NCBI GenBank assembly: GCA_051362555.1 | Contig: CM120645.1 | Span: 1,922,001-1,986,000, forward strand | From: Lingula anatina | Taxonomy: Eukaryota; Animalia; Brachiopoda | Direction of reading: 5' to 3' | DNA length: 64,000 nt | Shown here: one piece after another, positions 39,004 to 51,655 of the stretch | Numbering within the stretch: position 1 is the first letter of the stretch | How the letters are laid out: every line of letters begins with the position of its first letter | Notes under the pieces: model-generated | The model's input: the letters and a program-made list of their open reading frames with translations, nothing else | Told to the model about the DNA's origin: nothing | Databases searched by the model: none | Program-made: the position numbers and the translations under genes

Positions 39004-40296
39004 TCATATAACATAATACCACGATTTCTGTATAACATCACACCCTAATTTGAAATACAACTTGTTTTTCGGGTGAGCGTAATAACAGAAAGTGTTCACA
39101 TCCATCCCGGTCATTGGGCAAGAAGGTAGCTTCTTCCTGCTCCCTCCTCCATACATTTCGTTCCAAAATATTTCTCTACATTCTCTAGAAGCGGCGTGAA
39201 TAGTTACCAGTCCTTTATACAGACAAAAACTGTACACACGCCCCATATAGAAACGAGTGAAGTTCTCATGTTTTTGTGGCTGAACTAATTCTGTTTTATT
39301 CGCGCAAATTCCGAAATACACGTCTTCCATTGGCATCAGCGGCACGTGGCGTGACGTTTCATGAAGCACCCGCACTGTGTCCATGGACATGACGTACCCC
39401 GACCCAGCCAGATAAGCTGGGTATAACGCCCCCGGGTACTCCTGCTCGCTGACGTATCCCTTTACTCTTGGGTCCCTCTCGGGTGGTTTCGGCTCATAAA
39501 GTCTTCCCATAAAGAGGTATTTGGTCCGCCACCAAGGAAGGTCCAGTAAGTAGTCTACCAGTTTTGGATACTGAACGATCACGTCGTCGTCTGTTTTCAT
39601 TACATAAAAGGCGCTTGGACAGTGACGTAAAACCCATCGAAGACCAAGAATAGTTTTGAGGGTCAAATTGCGATAAGTGTCTACAAATTCCACCCGTATT
39701 ATGTCACGAAATTTACGATTTTCTTCCTCTATTTTTTCATCAATGGTGCGGTTTTGAGACGTCCCCAATAAAAATAACGTGCGTATCTGTTCCCCCTGTG
39801 ACTCATGAATGGACCCCCACGTTTTGCGATATATGTTCCTATCGAGGAAATTCTCCGGTTTTGATTCAACAAGAACTAATAAGAAAACTCCAGTTTTGTA
39901 CAGCGACCCTGTAGTATTGCAGATGCCAGGGGTTGAAATGGTAAACTGGTAATCATGATGGTGCAGAAATTTCAAATCGGTGGACATCGATCGCACATGT
40001 AAAACCGACTTTCGGTCGCTGAATGTGGCCTTTCTTTCAGGAGGCGTATCGCGATCAACACCAACACCAACATCAACATCTTCATCACTGAGTGGTCTCC
40101 CTGATGAGTTGGCATTATTCAACGGTTCCTTTTTGGTTGCAGATCTTCGGTGAATCCACGCGGCGTGTTTACCTGACCTGTGATTGTACACCCTTGAGTA
40201 ACATTCCAAGATGACCTCTGTCCGTAGAATATAGACAACAGACGATACTGTGATTGTTGTAAGGAGCAGTAAAACCCACTGTTTGTTGGAGGGCAT
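39004..40296 (-). CDS. GT31 family beta-1,3-galactosyltransferase / B3GNT-like type II Golgi glycosyltransferase, single coding exon, ~430 aa
   Basis: ATG at 40296 (MPSNKQWVLLLLTT..., N-terminal signal anchor). GT31 motifs RNIYRKTWG, LFLLG, FVDTYRNLTLKT, KTDDD (DxD), YPAYLAGSGYVMS, MEDVYFG. Confidence 0.93.
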   Translation of the reverse strand: MPSNKQWVLLLLTTITVSSVVYILRTEVILECYSRVYNHRSGKHAAWIHRRSATKKEPLNNANSSGRPLSDEDVDVGVGVDRDTPPERKATFSDRKSVLHVRSMSTDLKFLHHHDYQFTISTPGICNTTGSLYKTGVFLLVLVESKPENFLDRNIYRKTWGSIHESQGEQIRTLFLLGTSQNRTIDEKIEEENRKFRDIIRVEFVDTYRNLTLKTILGLRWVLRHCPSAFYVMKTDDDVIVQYPKLVDYLLDLPWWRTKYLFMGRLYEPKPPERDPRVKGYVSEQEYPGALYPAYLAGSGYVMSMDTVRVLHETSRHVPLMPMEDVYFGICANKTELVQPQKHENFTRFYMGRVYSFCLYKGLVTIHAASRECREIFWNEMYGGGSRKKLPSCPMTGMDVNTFCYYAHPKNKLYFKLGCDVIQKSWYYVI

Positions 40297-43200
40297 TTTA
40301 CGCTGGATTGTGCCTCTACTGTTAATTAACTGTGTTCTGAGATTTGCTAGATTTTTCTCTTTGATCAGCCATGTGTGCACAGCTGCACAGGACGAATTTA
40401 TATCAAACCACTTCCATGTATGTCCACAGAGCAGAGCCAGTGTCTCTTTGTTTTGTGAGTAGTCAAATAAGTTACTAAATGTAGGATCTTTTAGTCTAGT
40501 AATCTAAACGAAAAATATCCCCTTACCAGGACAAACTACAAAAAAATTAATCTTCTTCCTCTTATTTTCTTTTGAATCCTCAATTTTCAAATTTCAACAT
40601 ATCTTCCTTAATTTTAAATATAATTATATGGACCACCCAGTGTCTAAAGATAACGTCAGGTTTTTTTTTTCAATTAGTCCTGATCAATTTTTTTTCTTAA
40701 AATATATTAGTATAAATAATTAGATAGTGAACATTTAAGGCTACGTGGCACTCGCACACTGGGCCGGCGTTTTCAAACGGTCTGTATTTAAAATACTGCA
40801 ATGGTACACAGCACGGCGAAGTCACGTAAAGAGTATTACATACTTATATAATATAAATGTATATATATATATATATAATATAATATATATAAATATATAA
40901 TATATGTTTATATATTATTAACACGGCATTGTTAACATTCACCGTTTGTTCACTGTGTTAGGAAAAATTAAGTCAGAATTACCGGACATTGCAGCGTAAA
41001 CATGGATTATGTTTCAATCTTCAGTGATGAAAGTTGATAATTATATATATATTATACAAATTTCTCAAAACTTGAAATATGCCAAGACTTTACAAAGTGT
41101 CTGAATACACAGAATTGAGTGAAGGAGGACTCTCGGTGATTACTTGTAATTTTAGATATTGAATATAACGCTGAATAATCAGACTCACGAATTGCGTATC
41201 AACAGGTGTGCTAAATCACGCATGCGGTTGAATGGTTTGTTATAAACTTGTGGATTTGTGCTTAAGTAAGTGCAAAGTTCTCCGTGGAACGGTTTATTAA
41301 TTTCTTTCCCCCCAGTCTTTTGTTTTGATTGTATTGAATTCTTAGAATCAAAACTCAATTCTTGTCCTTATTATTTTGCAATTTTTTTAGGTTTAACAGT
41401 TATTCGACAGCAGGTGTAGACAATATAAGTCGTGTGTTATTAAAATTTTCAGCAAGTGAGCTTTGTATTTTAGGTGTAAATTATCCAAATAATAGTAGTT
41501 CTCAACTGTTCCGCTTTCTGTCAACATTTTGAATTCCTCCTTATGTCTTCAGTCGCCACCATTTTAGGAGTTTTATTCCACAGAGGCTGTCTCCTTGCCA
41601 ACCCCGAATTTTTTTCTTTGAAATTCCACAATTTTCTCCTTGAAAGTAAAAATATATAATTTATCTCTGGTTGATGGGTTATTTTTGTTTCATAGAGCAC
41701 AACCTGTAAATGGTAAAATCTTACAGGTGAATCAAGAAAAGATACGCACTCTACGACTATGGCGCAATGTGGCATTCTTGAACGATATTTTGAAAATGCA
41801 GTTTTTCTAAAGTTTTAGGTATTTTGAGTGTAATCATTTATTGATTGAACAATAAAGCTCGTGGCTGATAAAAATTCAAAATATGTTCGGTACCCTAGTA
41901 GGAAATGGCGTAGAATCAAAATGAAGATTTTGGAATTTTAACAGTTAAGACTACAACCTAAGAGAGGGATCCTTATATGCACATTGTGAGTTTTTTTCCC
42001 GCGGTTATCGCAGCTTTACTTATCCAGACATTTCATTTTTCTGATGGCTCAATTATTTTTGCGCAAATGAATTAGGTTATTAATTGTCTATCAAGCTAGT
42101 AAACGGGATAGAAAACATTATGAACATCGCATAACAGTTGACCGAAATACCTTACACCCCACTCTGCGCATTTAGGGACTAACGAACCCGCCTAATTCAA
42201 CGAGTAATAAAATGCTTGATCGTGATGAATGAATTATGATGAAAACATTATGAACACATTTTGGTTATTTTCTAAAATCATATTGAAATACATTTACACA
42301 AACCCAGTGCTGAAATTTTAGTGATTAACATAAATGATAAATTTTATAACGGGGAAATATTTAGATGTTTGGATGATAACCTATTCAGAGCGCACAAATT
42401 AGGTTTTGTAAGAAGGAATCCAAAGCTCAACTACCACAATCGAATATATTATTATAAATGAAAATGTAGTGTACATGAAACAATTAGCGTAGCCCCTTAT
42501 TTCAAAACGAGTTACTAGTGCTGGTAGTTCTACCATTACAAATGGTACGGCCTGCATAAAATGTACTTCTAAATTGCATCTACTGCAAAATATTGAAACA
42601 CTTTTCTGTGAGTTTATGTCGCGTTCATTATATGGTTTTAAATCAGAAATCGAATATAAATTTGACAATAGGAAAATGCAGGACTACAACTTTATAACAT
42701 GTACACAATTATAAAAAATATTGTGACTTTTTCCGAAGCAGAAAGTCCCATTAGCTAGAAAGGACGTGCTTAAATTGATTTTGAAAACCGTTTCATCCCC
42801 AGCAACTGGCATGATATATCATTCGCAAAACATCTGCTCCAATAAGCATGAAGTCGTGAAATATTTCGCTGTCAAACACCATTAAAAGATTCAAGTAATA
42901 CTTTATTAAGCTTTCAACAAACAGAACAGACAAGGTAGTATTAATTATGAAATTAACAAGTTCTACAAGCTTCCGTTCACTCAATTAACAAAACTTATTT
43001 TATACTAATTAAGATAAAAAGTTCCATCTGAACTAATTATAACTTGCCTATGTGAATTTTAAATAATAAACTATTATATTACCTTTAGCAAATGTTATAT
43101 ACATATATTTATTCGTACTAGTAACTTAAGAATTAGACCTATATTCATCAGCTTGGCAACAAATTTTGAAACAGATTATTAGCGTTTGAAATTGTAAAGA

Positions 43201-43334
43201 ACAATAATCGCACATAAAAACATCACAAGACAACTTAAGAATCAAAATAGTATTCAACAAAACTGCAAGCAAAATTATTTGCATACTACAACCAAGTGCA
43301 ACGATTACCAATGCCAAAATATATCATCAATAGA

Positions 43335-43383
43335 GCGAGAATCACGCAAGATGCGAGAATCACGCTAGATTCGAGAATCACGT
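43335..43383. repeat. 18-bp tandem repeat x~2.7 (GCGAGAATCACGCAAGAT) just 3' of mir-96
   Basis: Direct reading. Confidence 0.85.
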
Positions 43384-43409
43384 TGGTGGATGGAACGGGA
43401 CCGTACCCT

Positions 43410-43469
43410 GGTTGACACCGACACATATTTATATCTACACACATCACATAAATATGTGCTAGTGCCAAA
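43410..43469 (-). ncRNA. mir-96: pre-miR-96; mature 5p UUUGGCACUAGCACAUAUUUAUG at 43469-43447
   Basis: First 16 nt identical to canonical miR-96 (UUUGGCACUAGCACAU). Near-perfect pairing with AUAUAAAUAUGUGUCGGUGUCAACC, UGUG at the 5p/loop junction, and CNNC (CAUC) ~18 nt downstream. Confidence 0.93.
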
Positions 43470-43913
43470 CAGTGAACAAGTCTAAACTGACTACAGTGGC
43501 TAACAAAGGCACAGCAACACCACGTCACAGCACGCCAGGGATCAATCAGATTAATGGTACTGAAACAGTGTTCACTTCAAACTGGAACTCCCTGTACTTA
43601 CTTCACTCGGTCACTGCTGAGATGCATTATATCCGTGTCTCTGATGCAGCGTCTGTTGTTTGAAGTATGAAAGAAAACTTCATCTGGACATCCTCTTACG
43701 GTGGCGGACCACATCCACAATACCTTAATAAATGCACTCCTTGAGAAAAGGTGTGTTCTCAACTTCTGGCAATGGCCCATTCAGTCAATGACAGATGGTA
43801 CACTGTAGAATCTGCATGTCTTTTGTTATCATCTTTTGGGAAAACAAGCTACGATAAAAGCAGAAACTTCCACCGAGCTCCCCCTGCCAAATACTCAGGT
43901 ATAGACACGCCAT

Positions 43914-43973
43914 ATTTGGCCCTAGAGAACCACTGAGCTTTCATTCATATCAGTGAATTCTACCAGTGCCAAG
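43914..43973 (-). ncRNA. mir-182: pre-miR-182 / miR-263b (Mir-96 family); mature 5p CUUGGCACUGGUAGAAUUCACUG at 43973-43951
   Basis: Mature sequence matches lophotrochozoan miR-182 as recalled; pairs with UCAGUGGUUCUCUAGGGCCAAAU across a 13-nt loop. Confidence 0.93.
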
Positions 43974-44221
43974 CATAGAGCAGTCGTGTATCTTTTGGCA
44001 ACGGAAGTGGCGTCACACTCCTAGTGAGACCGGAAATGACGTTACTTTGTCCTGTGCCGTCTTGAAAGACCACCTAATGCCAATGTATGAATTAACACAC
44101 AGAAGAAATTAAGACAATAATGATATAGGAGAAAAGTTCCCAACGGCCCATTACCTGAAGTTTACAGTCAAAATACACATAAAAACCAAGCTTGTGTGAA
44201 CACTCTATACACAAGTGCAGT

Positions 44222-44257
<36 letters not shown>

Positions 44258-44551
44258 TACTTGATATCTTATATACGTTTCCCCACATACGTCCCTTTAC
44301 ACAGAAAAGTGGTGTCAATGTTACAAATGTTACACAATCCAGCAAAAACAAACCATTTAAATATATAACAAGTGTTTAAAAAAACTCTACAGATATTGAT
44401 ATTGATAGATTACAATGGGATGACAGGTTAAATTCATTTATCTCATCTGAATATGTTCACTTTTTATGTTTGAACATAGCGAAGTGGACTATACTTGTGA
44501 ACAAAATTAAACCACCGGACACAATGAAATAATTTGTTTAAGCCCTGTTAA

Positions 44552-45472
44552 GGTATTTCCATACTGCATGTATAGAGGGAGCCACTGCAGCATCAAGCTC
44601 TCCTGCACTGGAGGACAATATAAGCATGCACTTCCTCTAGTCACCAGCTTTTATTTACCATGTGCTGTGTTGTTTTGAAATTATAAATCCCTAAAGATGA
44701 GTAATATTCCACCCAGAAAGGCTGGCAAGTTCATTTCACAGGGCAATTTCACGAACCCCCTCCCTAAATAGAACCCCCTCCCAAGAATCCCTGGATCCCC
44801 CCTGTCTTTCATTATATTCTTAATTATGAAATATTCAGCAACTAAATATAGTGAGAAATACCATGAATGCTACTTTGAGGGCTATAGAGTTGAAGTGATG
44901 TATATTTGGGGCTTGAACTGAGGTGACATTACATTTTTCGGCATTTTTTGCCTTTTTTTGATAATTTCAATTGACTATATTTCAATATTTAGCCTGATGA
45001 CCTACTATTTTTTTAACATCATGTCATGAAGTACTCATAGGAGAGTGTTTTTGCTCATTTTCATGAAAATTAAATTCAGGGATTGGGTACAATGACCAAT
45101 TTTGTGTAAAATTGTTGGTTTCCAAACTGGCCACCAGGTGGCGTAGAAACATGATGAGGTCAGTTCTAAAAATAGAAACAACAATAAATGTATGAAAAAA
45201 TGTAAAAATATTCTCTTTTCTCTTCATTAAAATCTTAACAGGTGTAATTATCCCCCTCAGGAGTGATATACTGGGCCTGAAAACTTATTTATATAGAGGC
45301 GCTGCGATATCCAATTCTAGCATTTTAGTCCATATTTCAGTTGGCTGTGGTGAGGAAACTAAACCGGTGATCATATCAAAAAAAATCATTTTTATTACCA
45401 GTTTCACCTGTACTTCATTGGTGCAAAGTTTGGAGACAATTAAATTAGAGAATCTAAAAGTATGGAAATACC
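44552..45472. mobile_element. 921-bp non-autonomous DNA transposon with TTAA target-site duplication (Kolobok-like)
   Basis: Perfect 14-bp TIRs GGTATTTCCATACT / AGTATGGAAATACC, flanked by TTAA at 44548-44551 and 45473-45476. Purine-purine 5' end (Kolobok-type rather than piggyBac CC); no transposase ORF. Confidence 0.85.
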
Positions 45473-45965
45473 TTAATGGTACCTATTAACAAATTGCTGT
45501 TTTAATAATTCGTTACCATAAATAATGCAAAATGTCCCATTAAAATAATCAGATATCAAGGGGCAATTGTCGATTAAGTTTACAAAGTCACTGGTAAAAT
45601 TTTGACTGTTTTTTGTGAAACAGATAGACATTACGTGACGATAAGTGAAGTGGGAATCTAGATAAGCTATTTCTTATGCACATAATGCTGACTACAAGAA
45701 CATACGTAAAGAAAAGCACAAAGGTCACCAAGAAATATGCAAAGTGACCTAGGTCACCAACATTATCTGAATATTAAAGAGGCACGTTAACTAAAGTTAC
45801 CCATCATCATTTCTTACAGACTAAATAGTCTCAACTTAACTTAGCTTGATGAAACAACACTCAGTCGAACACTGGTATTTAACTTATTTTGTCGGCGTCA
45901 TGCCCATACACTTCTTTGCAAGGGTCTCTCACACAGAAAGCAAAAGCAAAAAAAAAAAAAAAAAA

Positions 45966-46010
<45 letters not shown>

Positions 46011-46324
46011 AATAAATAAATGAATAAAAAAAATAATAATAATATAATAATAAAAAAAAACAAAGCCCACATTAAGCAAAAGGTTACTTTCCACTAATCC
46101 TTAATGAAACATTAGTAGTTCTAAATAGCTAATAACTAAGGAATCCAACATTAAAAAAGCAATACGTTTACGAATAGTCGTAAAGAAAGTTGAAGAATTA
46201 GGAAAAACACCAAATTAAATCAACATCATTGTCGTACTCGAGAAGCTGTGCTAATCTTTGGGAACAAAAAATCATTTCAAAACTCGTGTCAGAAGCGGCA
46301 AGGAAGCAAGAAGCATCAATCCAC

Positions 46325-46383
46325 GTATGGCACCGGAAAACCCACGGGTTTCCATAGCAACCGTGAATTCTACCAGTGCCATT
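46325..46383 (-). ncRNA. mir-183: pre-miR-183 / miR-263a (Mir-96 family); mature 5p AAUGGCACUGGUAGAAUUCACGG at 46383-46361
   Basis: Mature sequence matches invertebrate miR-183/263a as recalled. It pairs with the 3' arm CCGUGGGUUUUCCGGUGCCAUAC across a 13-nt loop, and the stem extends into the flanks (CCAC/GUGG). Confidence 0.95.
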
Positions 46384-49300
46384 GGTGGACAGACAGATAA
46401 AAGCACAAGCGGAAGCATCTGTAGGCACGTGATGTTCACGTGCCGTTGCCATGTTGTGGACAACTGGGTTTCGAAGCATGCGCAGTAAGCTCCATCGTTT
46501 CTGCTAGGGGTGCCGTACAACCTGTATCGGGCTTTTTGGATAGGACAGCACGATCACTAAAGTATATGAATTTTGACGTAGATGAGGGGAAGAATTTATT
46601 CCTCGTTTGCCATTTAAACCTGATTGCAACGGAAGTAAGGAGGTGTAGTCTTCCACCAGTCGGGGGTTTTTAGAGCCAAAAGGATGCTTGCAAGTTTTGT
46701 GACGCGAATAACAGTAAGATTATATAACAGAAGAGCCTGAGGATTTTCTTTGGTTGTCTTGCCATGTAACCGCACTGAAATAGTTTGCCAAATACTTTTC
46801 ATCAATCTCGGCATACTTTTTTCAGTCAAATTAGCTAAGGCGACCAAATGAAATTCCCCCGACTGCCTTTGATGTATAATCTGGGTATCAGTCTAACAAA
46901 AATCTGTACGTCTCATTTTGTCTGAAAAGCGCCCATTTGTTTAAAGGCCATTCAAACCTTTTGCCAGAGACGTCTAAGTGGAAAACGAGGACTGAAATCT
47001 TCCCAAACTCCGCGAAATAAGTCACACGATCTCATGATTGTGCTGTTATATCCAAACATGTCTATAAGCCAAGCAATAACATTCAAAAACGTAAAAATTA
47101 TAGAAGCATAAATAAAAATACGACAAAGCATGAAAACCAATTTCTTGTCTTCGGTTCTGGGTTCCTGTCTCCCTGTGGTAAAGAAGGAAAAATGACAAAT
47201 AATCAGTTGAGACAGAAACTTTGATTAAGCTTTCTAAAATGCAACTGAAAAAAGAATCTGCAATATAATATTTGCAACTTAAGAAGAACCAAATAAAGCG
47301 AACAAAGCAAATACCCAAATGATTTTACCTACCAAAGATCAACAAGCAACAGTGTCCACAACACTGGCGTCAAACGATCAGAAAATCCAAGAAGCCGGTG
47401 TCACATCATCTAGCGAACATATGAATAAATGTATGTATACATAAACTTGATAAAAATGACACAGTAATTGAGAACGAAAGGCAACGTAGAAATGAATTTC
47501 AACGCCATACTTCTAGTAAAGAACAATATCCGCTAGAACAAGTGACAGCTGTCGTCTCATGCTACTGCGTTCATGATGGGTATAATACAGCCCAAATCCC
47601 ACCAAGCCACCAATTTCAAAGAAGCTTTCGTAATAACTAAAAAGCTAGCGTTATGTACTTACTGCAGTATGGCTGGCGTCCTTTAATGCGTTTATCTGCA
47701 ATAATGAGGAAAACAGTTTATAATATGATTACGTCACGAATGTAATACTTCTTGCGTGATATTTTCACGTTTTGTTTCCATGCTACAGAAAACCGGCCAA
47801 AACGGCTGAACGTTTTTTATCGACACGAGGTTGGCCCAAAATTTGTTGTTCAAAGCAAATATATCTTCAAAAGTTTGAAAAAATTGTCAAAGTCAGTGAT
47901 AGAAATGCTGTCAATGTCGTTAGTTCTAAAATCATTTACTGAACGAAAGCTAAAAATGACTTTCATTCAAGTGCCTTTAAACAGCATCGCTTCCTTTATG
48001 AAGAATTCCTTTGTCCCACAGAAATCCGAGGTCTTTAAAGTAGGGCCACATTCACTGTTGCTCAGTTACAAACGTAAGACATTGCATTATATGCTAAGTG
48101 TATCTCATAAAAACGGTGGTAGTTTTCATTTATCTTCACTACGGCAGAATTTCCGTAATAATGAGCATGTAATTAAGACGTCAGGTGAAGGGTGTCCGAG
48201 AGGTCAGCGTATTTTAACAAAAGCTGTACATTATACTCCCGAACATGCTTACAAACTGGCAATTTTGTACTTAAGAGCCCCAAACAATATTCGAGGTCTC
48301 AAAAAGATGAGGTACTATGTGTAGAATGGTCTCAGTAATGGCATGTCTAAGTATCTGTCAGCCATGGACTTCCCCCCGACCCCAATCCCCTGACACTTCA
48401 ATGTTTTAATATTTACAATTAAAATTATACATTAAAATTTAAAATGTCATATATAATCACGGCAAATTATGACACATTAATATCAGGTTTTAGACCGGTG
48501 TGTTAATTATGTTAATTACTGATATGTTAATCCATAATAAACCAGATATCTGCACATGGTTCATGTATAATGCAAATTTTGATTGTATCTACGAAAGTAA
48601 TGCAATCAAGAGGTTAGATCCCTACAAGTTAGTGGCCCACAGTCACGGACAAGCTGGCACACGCATGCGCAGTTACTTTCTTTTCTTCCCTTTCGTAGTA
48701 GTAGGACTGGTGGTCGCGAAATCCGGTGGGGGTGCATTCAAAGCCTCCTTATCCTCATTTCCATTCCAGCCTAAATGATGAAACAGCTTGGTTAATCAAA
48801 ATAATATACTGAGTAAAAACAATTGTTGCGAAGAACACTTCATCAACGAAAAACAAATTACTTATACAGGTAAATTGGATTGATTTAAAGCAACTATGTA
48901 TAAACAATACACCCACGTAGGGTTTTATCCATTGTATGGAATACTATTATGAAGACAAAGTGAAACAATATTTGTGGCAAAAAGACAGGATATGCATAAA
49001 TCATTCATAAACACATAACATATCGGATGCCGGCTACATATACATTTGAGATATAGTGCTTAATGTTTTGCAGTTCTACCTTTACACTGAAGAAAATGGA
49101 TCTAAAGGAAAACAATTCCACCTTAAATGTCCAATTTGTATTTTCGTCTTTTTATGTAGATATTTCATATACCGTGCCCTTATTTCTTTAGTATTACCAA
49201 GGTTTTTCTATATTATACAACCTTCGTAAGGTGACGAAGGACTGAAATGACACTGATCAACATGATGATCTAAACAAGACATCAAATACAGGTGTGTACA

Positions 49301-51620
49301 ATATGGAAGAAAGGTAAACTAGGTCACAGCAATTATAATGCCTAGATGCTCACAGCAGGCATTCTCTGCAAATGGGTATCTTGCACACACATCTCTAGTC
49401 ACGCACACGGGAGCCATTGGCTTCGATATAACACCGCGTTAATGGCTATCGAAGATTTGTCACACTGTGGCCGTAAATACACTAAACTTTCAGAATTTTC
49501 CACACCAGTCGTGTAAATTAAACTCACCTCTCAGGGGGTATTTAACTGAGACCGCGTTGTAAGAAAAAATGTTCCAGTTTTTCATGATGATCATGCGGAC
49601 AAACTTAAATCGAGTCTGGTCTGGTCTGCGTGACACCACCGTCACCAGGCGACTAAATCAAGCCTATTCCTGGTTTTGGACAATCAGTTTACTGGGCAGT
49701 CGTCTTCTGCGGTAATTTTGACCCAAACCTGAATCGGTTTGTTTCAGGCAGGGGCGATCGGTACTCAGTTAGGCCCTGTGTTTCTAGGCCCTCCATCTGG
49801 AAGGAATTCCAGCGATAGAGTGGACTGTGCCAGACCCTCTTGACTAACACCGGACTAACAAAACTGGACGCTGGTTAGCCGACTGTGACCTAGTAAGTCG
49901 ACTGTGGCAAGCTATGAGGACATTTCCTTCGGGGACGGGGCGTAACTAGCTTCATGTGGCTTCTCTGTCAGCAGTTCCATACGGCAAAGAGTTTGGAAGT
50001 CTGATAACAAATCTATGGCATGGCTACCTACCAACTGTTAAAGCTCGAGCAAAGTCGAGATGAGGGTGGCCGGGATGATGAGCCCATATGACAGAATCTA
50101 ATGCAAGATATTCATCTTGAAATGCTATTCAAGACATGCGGTACGGTTTGTATATCTTTCATTCAGGGCACCCAGAACACGCCCTGAATGGAAGCACCTT
50201 TGTTTCTGGTTTGCAATTACATTCTTACAAAATAAAAAATAATAATAAATAAATAAACGTAAATTAACCGGTAACTGTTGATACCTCACCTCGCTCAACT
50301 CCAGTGGAAATGTTTAAACCCAGTGCACACAAGTAAGAGACAGTCATATACATATAATATAAAAGATGCGGGGTGAGTGATGCTTGTATACTGTACTACA
50401 TAAACGCAATGAACCAACCTATATAAACTACTGGCGTTTATACACAAACCAGCATACCTCTCAATATATTCCTTCACAGTCCTAATCTCCACGAGTTCTA
50501 AGTGATCGGTTTGACAATCTACCAGGATTCACTCGCGGGAAGAAGAGGTTTTCCATCGCTCTTCTTTCGTCTTCCTCTGACCTTCTATCCACTCCAGCCG
50601 CTCCCTAATGACCGTCCGGCTGCCCACGATCAAATGATATAGCGTGTCACAGTCACTTGTCGTGGCCTAATTGAGTGTCCATATGGACCTGACGGGCGGA
50701 CCAGTCATTCCTTGGCTCCGTTCACGCCACTGTAAATAGTGCTCAGTGCGGTTCTGAACAGCCCCGGTTCACGTTTCACTTATCAGGGCTCTTGTTCGGT
50801 TCTGAGTAGTTGAAATGTGTTCTGTTTGGAGGTATTGCTTTACGTGATCACCTTTTCCAAAATTAAAAACAGGGCAGACTTCAAACCTTTTGTCTGGTTT
50901 TATGCCAGGTACGTGTTAGAGGGCAAAATGTTGCTTTGTCCAAATTTTTAATCGGTGTTAATCCAGTTTTGTCAAAGACCAGATAACACCAACAAATAAA
51001 ATACACTCACCGAGTTTCAAACCTTGCTAAAAATCATTAGAAATAGACAGTTTAATCGGGTAGAGAATGGAATAAGATAGAATAAGATGTAATACCCTGT
51101 GATACGGGGTCTAGTCCCCATTGATTTGTACTGTCAAGCACCCATCCTAGGTTCTGGTCCAATTACGCCACGCAAACCCTAACCCGTATAAATCTGAGAA
51201 AGGCCATATACTCTCTGCCATACGGATCTTCACTTTTCTGACACCAATCCGCACCATACCCGAAGGGCAGAGAGTCATGGTACCGTCATGGCCGCCCAAG
51301 GGACCCTCTCCGATAGGCTGGTCATATATATGTGATCACTGGCCATGCAATGGTCAGTTGGCCGAGACGGGAAGGTCAAGAAAGTCACGGACCAAGGGCA
51401 CCAATTACCATATGTGTGGCATATTTTTAGTGGACTGAGGAATGCACTTACTGGTCAGAGGCTGGAGGAGTTGGTCAACTTGGTTGGTTGGCTTGGTTGG
51501 TCAGCTTGTTCATGCTACCGTACACTGGTCAAGTGGATGGCGAAAGCAAGGTTTCTGAAAAATGAACACATTTTTCATAGATTTTCTAAACTTACAATAA
51601 GTCTGTGTGTGGTGTGTGTG

Positions 51621-51655
<35 letters not shown>

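Noticed and set aside
40297-40380. 28-aa N-terminal extension of the glycosyltransferase ORF
   Set aside because: Begins at GTG; the first ATG at 40296 gives a typical short tail plus signal anchor.
42111-42256. 16-bp direct repeat GAAAACATTATGAACA flanking 114 bp (possible TSD)
   Set aside because: No poly(A) tail, Pol III boxes or TIRs in the insert; cannot support a mobile element call.
47752-48324. 190-aa ORF
   Set aside because: TTG start, AT-rich, no recognisable domain or splice signals; probably chance or a repeat remnant.
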